A stretch of 64,000 nt of DNA from Eledone cirrhosa (lineage: Eukaryota), in contig OZ024760.1 in assembly GCA_964016885.1 (NCBI GenBank), positions 13,082,001 through 13,146,000 on the forward strand, read 5' to 3'. Shown here one piece after another: positions 1 through 11,574 of this stretch. How positions within the stretch are numbered: position 1 is the first letter of the stretch; every line of letters begins with the position of its first letter. The notes beneath the pieces were generated by a model that was not told the origin of the DNA, ran no database searches, and was given only the letters and a program-made list of their open reading frames with translations. The position numbers and the translations under genes are program-made.

Positions 1-2
1 GT

Positions 3-65
<63 letters not shown>

Positions 66-204
66 CTGTCAGAGTGGCAAGTTGGAAGAGTCGTTAGAAC
101 GTTTGATATAATCCCTTCGTTGTGTTTGTTCCTGATCTCTAGGTTCTCAGTTCGAATCATACCTGGGTCAACTTGACTTTTTGTCTTTCTGATATCAACG
201 AATT

Positions 205-238
<34 letters not shown>

Positions 239-345
239 TGGGTCATCAAGTATGGGATTTGTAGAAATTTGTTTTTTGTTCAACAAATTTCATACTATAT
301 ATATAAATATATATATGTGTGTGTGTGTGTGTGTATGTGTGTGTA

Positions 346-376
<31 letters not shown>

Positions 377-502
377 TCAGAGGGTCATAATTAAAACGAA
401 TAAATAAATAAAAGCAAACATCCTTTAATCTACTGCCCCCCTCAAAGATGTGACATGGTACATATATAAACCTAACTCCTGTCAAGATTGCAACTTTATA
501 TC

Positions 503-541
<39 letters not shown>

Positions 542-646
542 TATGCATATACACATGCTTTGTCCCCCATCCTCAAGGTAGGACAACATACGTATATACA
601 TCCTCCACTTTTATTACATACATATATATATACATACATACATACA

Positions 647-680
<34 letters not shown>

Positions 681-751
681 CATACATATATATATATATA
701 CATACATACATATATATATATACATACATACATACATATATACATACATAC

Positions 752-782
<31 letters not shown>

Positions 783-893
783 CATACATACATATATAAC
801 CAGGAGCAAGAGGATATGTTCACCAAAATGTCATCTGAGTCTCATACCTTCTGTCTAGATGTCGTGTAGAGTTGCTACTAAAACAATATACAA

Positions 894-906
894 CGCCATC
901 TGGTGG
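894..906 (-). promoter_or_regulatory. CTCF-like motif CCACCAGATGGCG
   Basis: Matches the CTCF core CCASYAGRKGGCR; motif match only. Confidence 0.3.
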
Positions 907-1326
907 AGGGAATAAATACCTAGTGAATTTTATATATTGCTGCTTTTCAAACCCAGTGGGACGCCGGCAAAGTCGGTGGGGTTCTTACTACAAGCAGGCC
1001 CCTACAATGATGATAATTGAGCAAGTGCCTTCAATATATGTGGCTGACTAATGACACACGTGTTTCACTCCTAAAACAAAGAAACAAGTTCCGTTTTCTA
1101 TCTTTTCTACATCTTTTCTAACTTTCTTCTTCTTCTTCTTCTTCTTCTTCTTCTTCTTCTTCTCTCACCCCTCTCTCTCTTCTACGCCCGCCCTCGTATG
1201 TCTTCCAATGAAGGACTAACATCCGAAACGTTAAGACTCTCTTGCTGCTATTTCAAGCGTTAAACAAATTTATTTCTTCCGTGTACTGTGCCGTTTGTTT
1301 TGTTATTTCTGTTTACCCTTTACACG

Positions 1327-1371
<45 letters not shown>

Positions 1372-1539
1372 ATAATAATAAAATTGAAGACTAAAATCCA
1401 AAGAGGGCTCGATAAGGAAAATATATATCAAATATATAAGAACCGTAGAGCAAATATTTATTAAAATAACAGATTAAAGTTTAAGCAAAGAATCGCTGCT
1501 TTCACCCTTTGCTTAAACTTTAATCTGTTATTTTAATAA

Positions 1540-1583
<44 letters not shown>

Positions 1584-1958
1584 GTACACATGCGTGTAAC
1601 AAGAACACACACACACAGATTCAATTTACACAATTTGTATTCATTCATCTGTTAAGGGGCTGATTGTTCCCCTACCAACTCTGAGTCATTTGGACGTTGG
1701 GTATCTGGAAACATTGACATTCCCACCATTGGAAGCACACCACCACCACTACCTCCACCACCACCACCAACAACAGTAAACAGGACTACAGTGAGACTAA
1801 CAACAATAAACAAAGAGCTCTGAGACATAATTTATCATTTTTTTATATATATATATATATATACATACATAAATGTATATATATATACATACATACATAT
1901 ATATATGTGTGTGAAATATTTACGGACGTATGTAAATATATATGTATGTATATATATA

Positions 1959-2026
<68 letters not shown>

Positions 2027-2179
2027 AGAACGAGAGAGAGAGGGGTGGGAGATGAGACACATCTACTTGTCAGATTAAATTAACACTACTAATGCGATAG
2101 GTGATGTGATGTTATATAGAGGAGGAGTGCTTCACTAGACATGTATGTACAGACATGCTATATATATGCATACGAAACA

Positions 2180-2608
2180 CATTTGTAGATGTCACAGAGT
2201 TTGTAACACCAGTCCAACAGACGCTGTAACACATCTGTGGATGTCACATACGTAGTGTGTCACAGAATTTGTAACACCAGCTCAACAAATAGTGTTACAC
2301 ATTTATGGATGTCACAGACTTATTGTGTCACAGATTATGTCACAGAGTTTGTAACATCAGCACAACAGACGCTGTAACACATCTGTGGATGTCACAGACT
2401 TAGTGTGTCACAGAGTTTGTAACACCAGCACAACAGACGCTGTAACACATCTGTGGATGTCACAGACTTAGTGTGTCACAGAGTTTGTAACACCAGCACA
2501 ACAGACGCTGTAACACATCTGTGGATGTCACAGACTTAGTGTGTCACAGATAATGTCACAGAGTTTGTAACACCAGCACAACAGACGCTGTAACACAATC
2601 GTAGATGT
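2180..2608. repeat. Minisatellite, ~60-70-bp unit
   Basis: gtcacagagtttgtaacaccagcacaacagacgctgtaacacatctgtggat repeated ~6 times. Confidence 0.9.
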
Positions 2609-3964
2609 ACTTACCATAACGCAGCTTCTTTCTTTGTTGTTAGCCAGAAAGAATATTTCCAAATGTCACGTGATGTGCAATCCTTCATATGATATCTTAG
2701 ACGGTGAGATTGTCACGTGATGTGAGATGCATTTCTTTCATAGCTTTTTCTACCATTTTACTGCATCTTGCACTCTCTCTCTCCCACTATGTCTCCCTCT
2801 CTCTCCCCCTCTGTCTCCCTCTCTCTCTCTCAGGTAGGTTATGGTACTCGTGTAGCTCACATGCAAAAACAAACCTAATACACAGGGGTAGAATATGTGT
2901 TATTTTAGTGGAGGTGGCGGTGTATGGGTGATGATGGTGGTGGTGTGTGTGATTAGGGGGGGCATAGTAGATTTATTACCTTTTTGCCACATACGCACAC
3001 ACGTACATGCGCGCGCACACACACACACACACATATATATATATACACACACACTCACATATATATATATATATATATACTGTATACACACTCACATTTA
3101 TATATATATCATGACTCATACACTTTCCTGACATTTGTATATTATTCTATGTACTATACATGCACCTTTCATGAGTTGTAGTGCACCTGAACACAATAAT
3201 TTCATTATTATTATTTTTATATACGTTCAAATCCCGCCGAGGTTAACTTTGCCTTTCATCCTTACGGGGTCGATAAAATAAAGTACCAGTAATGTACTGG
3301 GTAATTGCTGGCCTTGTGCCTAAAGTAGAAACAATTATTATTATATACGTTATATACATAAAAGCACACACACGCACACATACACACATATATATACACA
3401 TACATGCACACACACACATATATATATATACACATACACGCACACACACATATATATATACACATACACGCACACACACACACACATATATATATATAAA
3501 TATATATATACTATATACACACTCACATATATATATATATATGTTATATACATAAATACACACACACACTAAGTTCCCATTTTACGCGGCAATGAATATT
3601 TGTCTTGGACAAAAGCGTTCAGGAAATGTTCTTATTTTTTCAAAAATCAACAAAACTGAAATCTACTCACCTAATTCATGGGAGATAATTCCTGTCGTTC
3701 TTATTGTGTAGTTCTCGTCACTAGGCCCACAAAAGATGGTTTTTAAACATATGTCAACTATATTTTACAAAAGGAACTTATAGAATGGTGGAAATATGAA
3801 AAAAGAAAAAGTAAATAAAGTGAAAAACAGAATTTAAGTATTGAAAAGCGAGTGAAAGGGGTAATGATCTGGCTGTATAGGAAAGTAGGGAAAAGGATTT
3901 ATATAAATTTGAATAATTTTGGTAGTTCGAGCTAGCGGGACAGGACCGAAGGTAGTACAGATAC

Positions 3965-4048
3965 CTTATCTGGGATGCTACGTTTTTTGGCGAAACCTTC
4001 TCCAGCGGCAACTAGCGTGGGCTCCTTCCTGAGACGGGCTGCCGACAT
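3965..4048 (-). CDS. Putative first coding exon of an unidentified gene divergent from EBAG9 (MSAARLRKEPTLVAAGEGFAKKRSIPDK)
   Basis: ATG to AAG|GTATCT donor, 28 codons, inside a GC/CpG-rich island; no homology recognised. Confidence 0.4.
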
Positions 4049-4466
4049 TCCGATCTTGCAGAGTAGTTCGGCAGTAACAGGGTCCCAGTTACCCCGAGGT
4101 CTCGACGACGGCGACCGGTACGAAGAAGAAGCGGCCGGACAATCTCCGGTATTTCTTTATCTTCCGTTCCTCTGCACTGCTGGGGACCACAATAACCGGA
4201 GTTTGTGGCCGGTTGTGACTAAATTGGCAGACAACTTGTCACAACATGTGGAATCCCGCAGGAGGGATCTACCTCCATCGAATGGGAACAGGATTATTCT
4301 GTCCGACGCGTAAAGGGTGCTTAATGATAAACGAACTGAAAATACAAATTTGCTAACACATTCCCCCATCACCATCATCACCAAAAATAAAATCTAGAGT
4401 TGTTTCCCCTTCCGTTAGTTAACGCCCTTGGCTTATTTCCGGTTCCTATTTATCGATTCTGCCAAT

Positions 4467-4477
4467 ATGGAGTCAAA
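4467..4477 (+). CDS. EBAG9: EBAG9/RCAS1 coding exon 1 (M-E-S-K...)
   Basis: ATGGAGTCAAA|GTGAGT donor; joins G|ATG of the 7092 exon in frame (MESK-MKVLVNF); lies next to a GC-rich promoter-like island. Confidence 0.6.
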
Positions 4478-4927
4478 GTGAGTGTCACGTACCTCAGTTA
4501 ATATAAAACTGAATGCCTGTCTCGGATTTCTCCAACGTACATGTATTTAAAAGAGGTAAACCATCGCAGTGTATAACGAATATATTTGATTCATTCTGTC
4601 ATTTTTAACAATATTTCTATAACTTTTTGTATTAAAAACGTGGGAGAACGATCCAGAAATCTCAGTTTTATGGACAGGTGGACTGTGTCCTTGTTTAAAT
4701 AGATCTCTTATGTCGGTTATTATTCACACGTATACAATACATCTACTGCTAGCAATAAGTTATTTATTTAAGTTATTTTTGTAGAAATATCTAAACACTT
4801 CGTGCCTTTTGCCCCCAATTATTTTTTCATTTATATTAAAAATATTCACTAACCCTTACACATACCCACATATATGTTTACTTTATATATATATATATAG
4901 TGAAATATATACACTCACACACATATG

Positions 4928-4958
<31 letters not shown>

Positions 4959-5172
4959 TCATATATATTAGTAGTAGTACAGATTAAAGTTTAAGCAAAG
5001 AATTTCTACTTTCATCCTATAACAGGATCTACTGAAACTTTAATCTTTACTAATAATAAATGTTTACTCTACGGGTTTATATATACTTTTTTTATATCTC
5101 TCTCTCTATATATATATAGATATAGATATATTAATTCAAAATATTAATAAATATAGACATTCATGTAATCAA

Positions 5173-5244
5173 ATATATTTTATTATATAAATTTCGGAGG
5201 TACTGTGCTGTTTCCTCAGTACATCCTCATCAGATAAAATATAT
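5173..5244 (-). ncRNA. Minimal type-I hammerhead ribozyme
   Basis: atatattttat-CUGAUGA-stem II (gga.gtactg/cagtac.tcc)-GAAA-tttata-UA^-ataaaatatat; 11-bp stem I. Confidence 0.75.
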
Positions 5245-5298
5245 AAATTGATGTATGACATAGCTTAAGTGTTCTGATGGTTCAATTCCAGTCTTGGC

Positions 5299-5366
<68 letters not shown>

Positions 5367-5770
5367 GATCCTTTCGAGTCCTCTTCGAATTTTGATTTTC
5401 GTAATTATTATTACTATATATATTTATATGAAAAGATTCAAGACCCCGACGGCTAAGCTCCGGCCGTCGAGGTCTTGAATCTTTTCCTATTACCCACTCT
5501 ACTACCCCAAGTATCGAGTACTCCGATGGGTTATTGTCTACCTGGTTTTTACCACACCCTATCAGATATATATATATATTTCGTAGATTATATGCATTAC
5601 ACCAAAGTGGTTTTTCAACCTATGTAATTCAAAACACACTTCTTTGTGTATTTATTGCTATATATATATATATATATATATATACGTAGGTCCCGGGTTG
5701 AGTCGGGGATAACCACAGTAAGTAAGGTACTCAATACATGGCAGAGTAAAATTTTTTTATTTTATAGAAG

Positions 5771-5823
5771 GAGCTTCTACAGGACTAGTACTGTTTCATT
5801 CAGATGAAATCTTCAGGAAGCTC
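5771..5823 (-). ncRNA. Type-I hammerhead ribozyme (GUA site)
   Basis: gagcttc-CUGAAGA-tttcatctgaat-GAA-ACAG tactagtc CUGU-A^-gaagctc; palindromic ACTAGT in loop 3. Confidence 0.75.
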
Positions 5824-6338
5824 ATATATATATATATATATATGTGTGTGTGTATAACGAAATTTCTTCCGAATAACAAAACTTTTCTAATCTATAAAGT
5901 TTATAATTATATATTATAACAATCTTACCTGTAGAGAGAAACATCCAGCTTAATAAACATTTATGATTTAATAATTAACTTTCTTTGTTATTATAAAATC
6001 ATAACGAAATGTTGGTGTTAAACTTTGCTGGAAGTAAAGTCTGTTCGCTAAACGGAGTAGGGATGCTTTGTCTACGGAAATGTTTTTGTTTTAGCAGCTG
6101 TCCGTGATGTTCAAGCAGCTCCAACACTGCCACGCCTTGAGTCCAGAGCTCTTCAAACTCCATTCCTTTTCTACTCAGGCTCTCGGGTTCTTGTTTCTTT
6201 CCCTCCTTCTCTCGTGAGGCCCTAGAGCCCTTGCTTGACCCCCTGCTTTAGGGTGTAGTGAAATATATGTAATATGTGATTAAATATGTATATGATGCAA
6301 CACTGATTCTTTCTTCCCTATTTATTATTACATACACA

Positions 6339-6387
<49 letters not shown>

Positions 6388-6390
<3 letters not shown>

Positions 6391-6696
6391 TATCATCATC
6401 ATCATCATACGTCTGCTTTTCCCTGCTTGCAAAGGTGGAACAGATCCTATTCAGCACAGCATCTCTCCACTTATCACAGTCCTCCGCGATTTGAAGTCTG
6501 CTCTCACCACCTCCGCACAAGATTTTTGTGGTCTCTTTCTACTGGGACTTCTTGGCACTTTACCCAGCAATCATCTTCCATGTACATCACATGTTCATAC
6601 CATCTCAGTCTTCTCTCCCGCACAATACAACTTAGCCCTCTTATACCCAGTTTGTCTCTCAACTCATCTATGCTGGGTCGTTCATGCACATTGACA
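6388..6696 (-). mobile_element. Degenerate RTE LINE 3' end
   Basis: RERRLRWYEHVM…; (tga)n tail; homologous to 58582-58942. Confidence 0.75.
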
Positions 6697-7091
6697 TTAA
6701 TATCATCATCATCATCAACGTTTAACGTCCGTGTTCCACGCTTGCATGGGTTTGGGCGGGGGTTTTCCCACTTGAGGCAAGAGTGATTGTCTTGCTCGCA
6801 TAGGACTGTCTGGCAGGTTTTCTACAGTTGGATGCCCTTCCTAACACCAACCACATTTACAGTGTGGGTCTGGGAGGTTTTTACCGTGTTGCCTACACGG
6901 CCACATTACAGCGTGGACTGTGTGTTTTTTTGTCGTGACACCTACACAATCTCATTTGTTTCGGCCTGGATGGTGTGGCACCAACATAACTTTACATAGA
7001 AGGGGGGGGGGGTGTATTTTGTTAGAGATGCCTACTGACTGTAATATATATATATATATCTTTTTCTCCTTCTCTTTCTATGAACAAACAG

Positions 7092-7263
7092 GATGAAAGT
7101 TTTAGTGAATTTTGTGAAGAAAATTTTCAACATTGTCTTTCTGATCCTGTCTCCTGTTCGTCGGTTGATATGCCGGCGCCGTCGACATTCCCATACTCCA
7201 ATATTGCCTTTGAATGCTGTTTACAGTGGTCCTCACACAGTCACCACTTCTCTACCTTCCGAA
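7092..7263 (+). CDS. EBAG9: EBAG9 exon 2 (hydrophobic N-terminal anchor followed by basic CRRRR)
   Basis: cag| acceptor, GAA|GTAAGA donor; MKVLVNFVKKIFNIVFLILSPVRRLICRRRR resembles the EBAG9 N-terminus (…LKRLICR…). Confidence 0.85.
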
Positions 7264-7882
7264 GTAAGAGAATTTCATTTTTGTTTATCTATAATTTACT
7301 GCAACACGACAGATATGAGGGTGGGCTTAAAAAGTCATAGACCGGATATGAAGGAGTGATGCAAGAGTTGTGAAATCTTGCATGCATTCATTTCAACTCT
7401 TCTTATTAATAACTGCATTGCTTCTTTCCGGGGACTATATTGTTGAAAAATAAACCTTATTTGGTCATTCCATGAGTGTATCTTGGTCATAGGCTGACTA
7501 TGGAGGAGTGATGCTAGAGCTGTGAAATCTTGCATGCATTAATTTCATTCATTTCAACTCTTCTTATTAATAACTGCATTGTTTATTTCCGGAGACTATG
7601 TTGTTGAAAAAATAAACCTTATTTGGTCATTCCATGAGAGTATCTTGGTCAGCCTATGAACTTTACAGCATTCTAATAAATATTACCTGTACAAGTAATC
7701 AAAGTGTGTATACATTTTTTGGAGACATCCTGTATATATATATATATATATATATATGTGTGCGTGTGTATGTGTGTATATGTATGAATGTGCAGGGGTT
7801 TTATTATTCAAGTAGTGTGATGTAGGGGGTGAGCAGCCATCTCAGCCAGCCGTCTCACTGTTCTATATCTAAACCCCAACAG

Positions 7883-8035
7883 AATGAGTTACAACCGTGG
7901 GAAACATGGGAGATGGAAGGTACAACAGAATATAATAACCCCAATCGAAACCGCAACAAAAGCGACAGTGCTGAGGCCGAGCCAGACATTGATTTCTTTC
8001 AAGACATGACACCAAAAATCAAGAAAACAACCAAG
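7883..8035 (+). CDS. EBAG9: EBAG9 exon 3
   Basis: caacag| acceptor, AAG|GTATAT donor; WETWE…PDIDFFQDMTPKIKKTTK matches the EBAG9 motif WTSWD…PDYFKDMTPTIRKTQK; an in-frame alternative acceptor at 7826 is possible. Confidence 0.9.
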
Positions 8036-8249
8036 GTATATTCTCTTTTTTCTGTTTTATTTTTTTTTATTTTGTCCAACCCTTTTTGTTAAAAATCAAC
8101 CCAGCCAAAACCACCTCCGAGTCTATGAAACAAAATCACCAATTTTGATACCCCAAACATATTGTCATACATAGTATGGTGAGGAAAGGGCTTAACCCTT
8201 TACATATGACACTATGTGATACTACCCCTATCATACTATCATACATAGT

Positions 8250-9735
8250 ATGGTGGTATCTAATGGTATGTCTGACCTGACCTGGTGGTATCTGATGGTA
8301 TGTCTGACCTGACCTGGTGGTATCTGATGGTATGTCTGACCTGACCTGGTGGTATCTGATGGTATGTCTGACCTGACCTGACCTGGTGGTATCTAATGGT
8401 ATATCTGACCTGACCTGGTGGTATCTAATGGTATGTCTGACCTGACCTGGTGGTATCTAATGGTATGTCTGACCTGGTAGTATCTAATGGTATGTCTGAC
8501 CTGGTGGTATCTAATGGTATGTCTGACCTGGCCTGGTGGTATCTAATGGTATGTCTGACCTGACCTGGTGGTATCTAATGGTATGTCTGACATGGCCTGG
8601 TGGTATCTAATGGTATGTCTGACATGGCCTGGTGGTATCTAATGGTATGTCTGACCTGGCCTGGTGGTATCTAATGGTATGTCTGACATGGCCTGGTGGT
8701 ATCTAATGGTATGTCTGACATGGCCTGGTGGTATCTAATGGTATGTCTGACCTGACCTGGTGGTATCTAATGGTATGTCTGACCTGACCTGACCTGGTGG
8801 TATCTAATGGTATGTCTGACCTGACCTGGTGGTATCTAATGGTATGTCTGACCTGGCCTGGTGGTATCTAATGGTATGTCTGACCTAACCTGGTGGTATC
8901 TAATGGTATGTCTGACCTGGCCTGGTGGTATCTAATGGTATGTCTGACCTGGCCTGGTGGTATCTAATGGTATGTCTGACCTGACCTGGTGGTATCTAAT
9001 GGTATGTCTGACATGGCTTGGTGGTATCTAATGGTATGTCTGACATGGCTTGGTGGTATCTAATGGTATGTCTGACCTGGCCTGGTGGTATCTAATGGTA
9101 TGTCTGACCTGGTGGTATCTAATGGTATGTCTGACCTGGCCTGGTGGTATCTAATGGTATGTCTGACCTGACCTGGTGGTATCTAATGGTATGTCTGACA
9201 TGGCCTGGTGGTATCTAATGGTATGTCTGACCTGGCCTGGTGGTATCTAATGGTATGTCTGACCTGACACCTGGTGGTATCTAATGATATGTCTGACCTG
9301 GCCTGGTGGTATCTAATGGTATGTCTGACCTGGTGGTATCTAATGGTATGTCTGACCTGGCCTGGTGGTATCTAATGGTATGTCTGACCTGGTGGTATCT
9401 AATGGTATGTCTGACCTGGCCTGGTGGTATCTAATGGTATGTCTGACCTGACACCTGGTGGTATCTAATGATATGTCTGACATGGCCTGGTGGTATCTAA
9501 TGATATGTCTGACATGGCCTGGTGGTATCTAATGGTATGTCTGACCTGACCTGGTGGTATCTAATGGTATGTCTGACCTGACCTGGTGGTATCTAATGGT
9601 ATGTCTGACCTGGTGGTTCTAATGGTATGTCTGGTCTGACCTGGTGGTATCTAATGGTACGTGTGACCTGACCTGACCTGGTAGTATCTGATGGTATGTC
9701 TGACCTGACCTGACCTGGTGGTATCTGATGGTAAT
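8250..9735. repeat. 32-bp minisatellite in EBAG9 intron 3
   Basis: ctggtggtatctaatggtatgtctgacctgac, ~45 copies, with 27- and 37-bp variants. Confidence 0.95.
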
Positions 9736-9757
9736 GCCTGTTCTGGTGGTATTTCAG

Positions 9758-9838
9758 ATCTTGATCAAGAAGGACAACATTGAGAAATTAGAAAATCCAG
9801 CCAACCGTTTAGCAATGACATCTGAATTTCCAGTCACA
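9758..9838 (+). CDS. EBAG9: EBAG9 exon 4
   Basis: tttcag|ATC…ACA|GTAAGT, phase 0/0; ILIKKDN…NRLAMTSEFPVT (cf. IVIKK…SSRLA). Confidence 0.85.
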
Positions 9839-9965
9839 GTAAGTTAACATCATTTTACACCTTATTCCACGCTTGAATGGATTGGCCAGACTGTTACATA
9901 CAGAGATTAGATTGGTCAGGTGACCGCATCATGCTTCATACACTCCATATATGGTGTGGTTTCTA

Positions 9966-10385
9966 ATGGCGACAACTTTACAGTGTGGACTGGGAGCATT
10001 TTGTCATGGCACCAGCACTACTACCTTACAGGGTGGACTGGGTGCTGTTTGTTGTAGCACCAGCACTACCACTTTACAGGGTGGACTGGGGGCTGTTTGT
10101 TGTGTCACCAGCACTACCACTTTACAGAGTGGACTGGGAGCTGTTTGTTGTGTCACCAGCATTACCACCTTACAGAGTAGACTGGAAGCTGTTTGTTGTG
10201 TCACCAGCATTACCACCTTACAGGGTGGACTGGGAGCTGTTTGTTGTGTCACCAGCACTACCACCTTACAGAGTAGACTGGGAGCTGTTTGTTGTGTCAC
10301 CAGCATTACCACCTTACAGAGTAGACTGGGAGCTGTTTGTTGTGTCACCAGCATTACCACCTTACAGGGTGGACTGGGTGCTTTG
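9966..10385. repeat. 45-bp minisatellite derived from a SINE/RTE-UTR sub-repeat
   Basis: ttacagggtggactgggagctgtttgttgtgtcaccagcattaccacc, ~9 copies. Confidence 0.9.
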
Positions 10386-10456
10386 TTTTCTCTCTCTCTC
10401 TTTTTTTGCACTATTTAATGTCTCTTCTTCATTCTCTCTTTTCTTTTCTCTGCCAG

Positions 10457-10669
10457 CAAGAGACAGAGTTAGGTGTATGGGAGGAGAGTGGTAAGTGCTG
10501 GGAGGAAGCCAGTGAGGACCTGTCGTGGCAGGTAGACGCCACCCTCAGGGAGAAGAAGAAAGTAGAGAGGGAGGCACGACAGCAGGAGCATCTACGGAAG
10601 AAACAAGAGAAGGATATGGTGCGTGGCCTCAAGAAAGACACTCCGTTTGCTGCCGTGCGTCTGTCGTGA
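10457..10669 (+). CDS. EBAG9: EBAG9 last exon (coiled-coil C-terminus, TGA stop)
   Basis: Polypyrimidine tract + cag acceptor; ELGVWEE…WEE…LREKK…AVRLS* matches the EBAG9 C-terminus; spliced CDS is 630 nt (209 aa). Confidence 0.9.
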   Translation, partial: QETELGVWEESGKCWEEASEDLSWQVDATLREKKKVEREARQQEHLRKKQEKDMVRGLKKDTPFAAVRLS

Positions 10670-11312
10670 TCTTCCGCCATCACTGCTGTTGCAGTCACTG
10701 TCACCACCACCATCACCAGTCATCATCATTGTCATCACTGTTATAGTATATGTCCTCCTGTCTTGTTTTTTTTTCTGTCTTATCATCATCATCATCATTA
10801 CCAATATCATCATCTTATTGTTATTACCACTATCTCTCTCTCTCTCTATGTCTCCCCTCTCTCTCACTCTTTCTATGTCTCTCCCTCTCTTTCTATGTCT
10901 CTCCCCCTCTCTCTATGTCTCTCCTCCTCCTCTCTCTCTATTGTGATGTCAATGTTTGTTATATACTTTCAGCCTCACCTCTTTCTCTTTTTTTAATACA
11001 CCCCTCCCCCACCCTGAAGAAGGACACATACACACGCGTACACACACACACACACACACACCTACACACCTGTCTATTCCTAGATTTTAATATCTTCACT
11101 GCCACACCTCTAACAACACACGCATATATATATACAAACATGTACACACACATGAACACAAAGACCTACACATACACACCTACTGCCAGTCCCTACCAAC
11201 ACTCCGAAGACACACACACACACACACATGTACTGCCTCTTCCTAGATTTTAGTTTCTTCACAGCCACCAACTGATCCTTTGGTCATACATTTAATCCAT
11301 CACCTGGTTTAA

Positions 11313-11520
11313 CCCTTTACCATTCACATTACTCTATATATACTACTGTATTGTCATGGTAAACAATTTATCTCAAATAATATCAAATCTATGAGATTTT
11401 GATAGTATTTATTTTGAGAACAATACCTTAACATCAGTATGAGCAGCCGGTTATGGACAGTTTGAACAGAAAGAGGTGAGAGAATTCTGGCCAGATACGG
11501 CCAGTTTAAATGCTAAAGGG
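11313..11520. mobile_element. piggyBac-like MITE with TTAA target duplication
   Basis: TTAA|CCCTTTACCATT…AATGCTAAAGGG|TTAA; further copies at ~42375-42572, 48349-48486 and 54214-54434. Confidence 0.75.
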
Positions 11521-11574
11521 TTAATAGTATCGCCTGACACTTGAGTGGTAAACAAACAATCCAGCACTTCATAT

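Larger units (their letters stand above)
3960..4490. promoter_or_regulatory. CpG-rich probable bidirectional promoter/5' UTR region
   Basis: Strong local GC/CpG enrichment in an AT-rich window; oppositely oriented donor sites at 3964 (-) and 4478 (+); ETS-like TTCCGG at 4437-4442. Confidence 0.55.

Noticed and set aside
3975-4384. ORFs 3975-4313 (+) and 4157-4384 (-)
   Set aside because: Probably chance ORFs in a GC-rich promoter/UTR; no recognisable homology
9951-10494. Cys-rich 15-aa repeat ORFs (also 55874-56230)
   Set aside because: Stop-free 45-bp minisatellites derived from a retroposon, lying in introns
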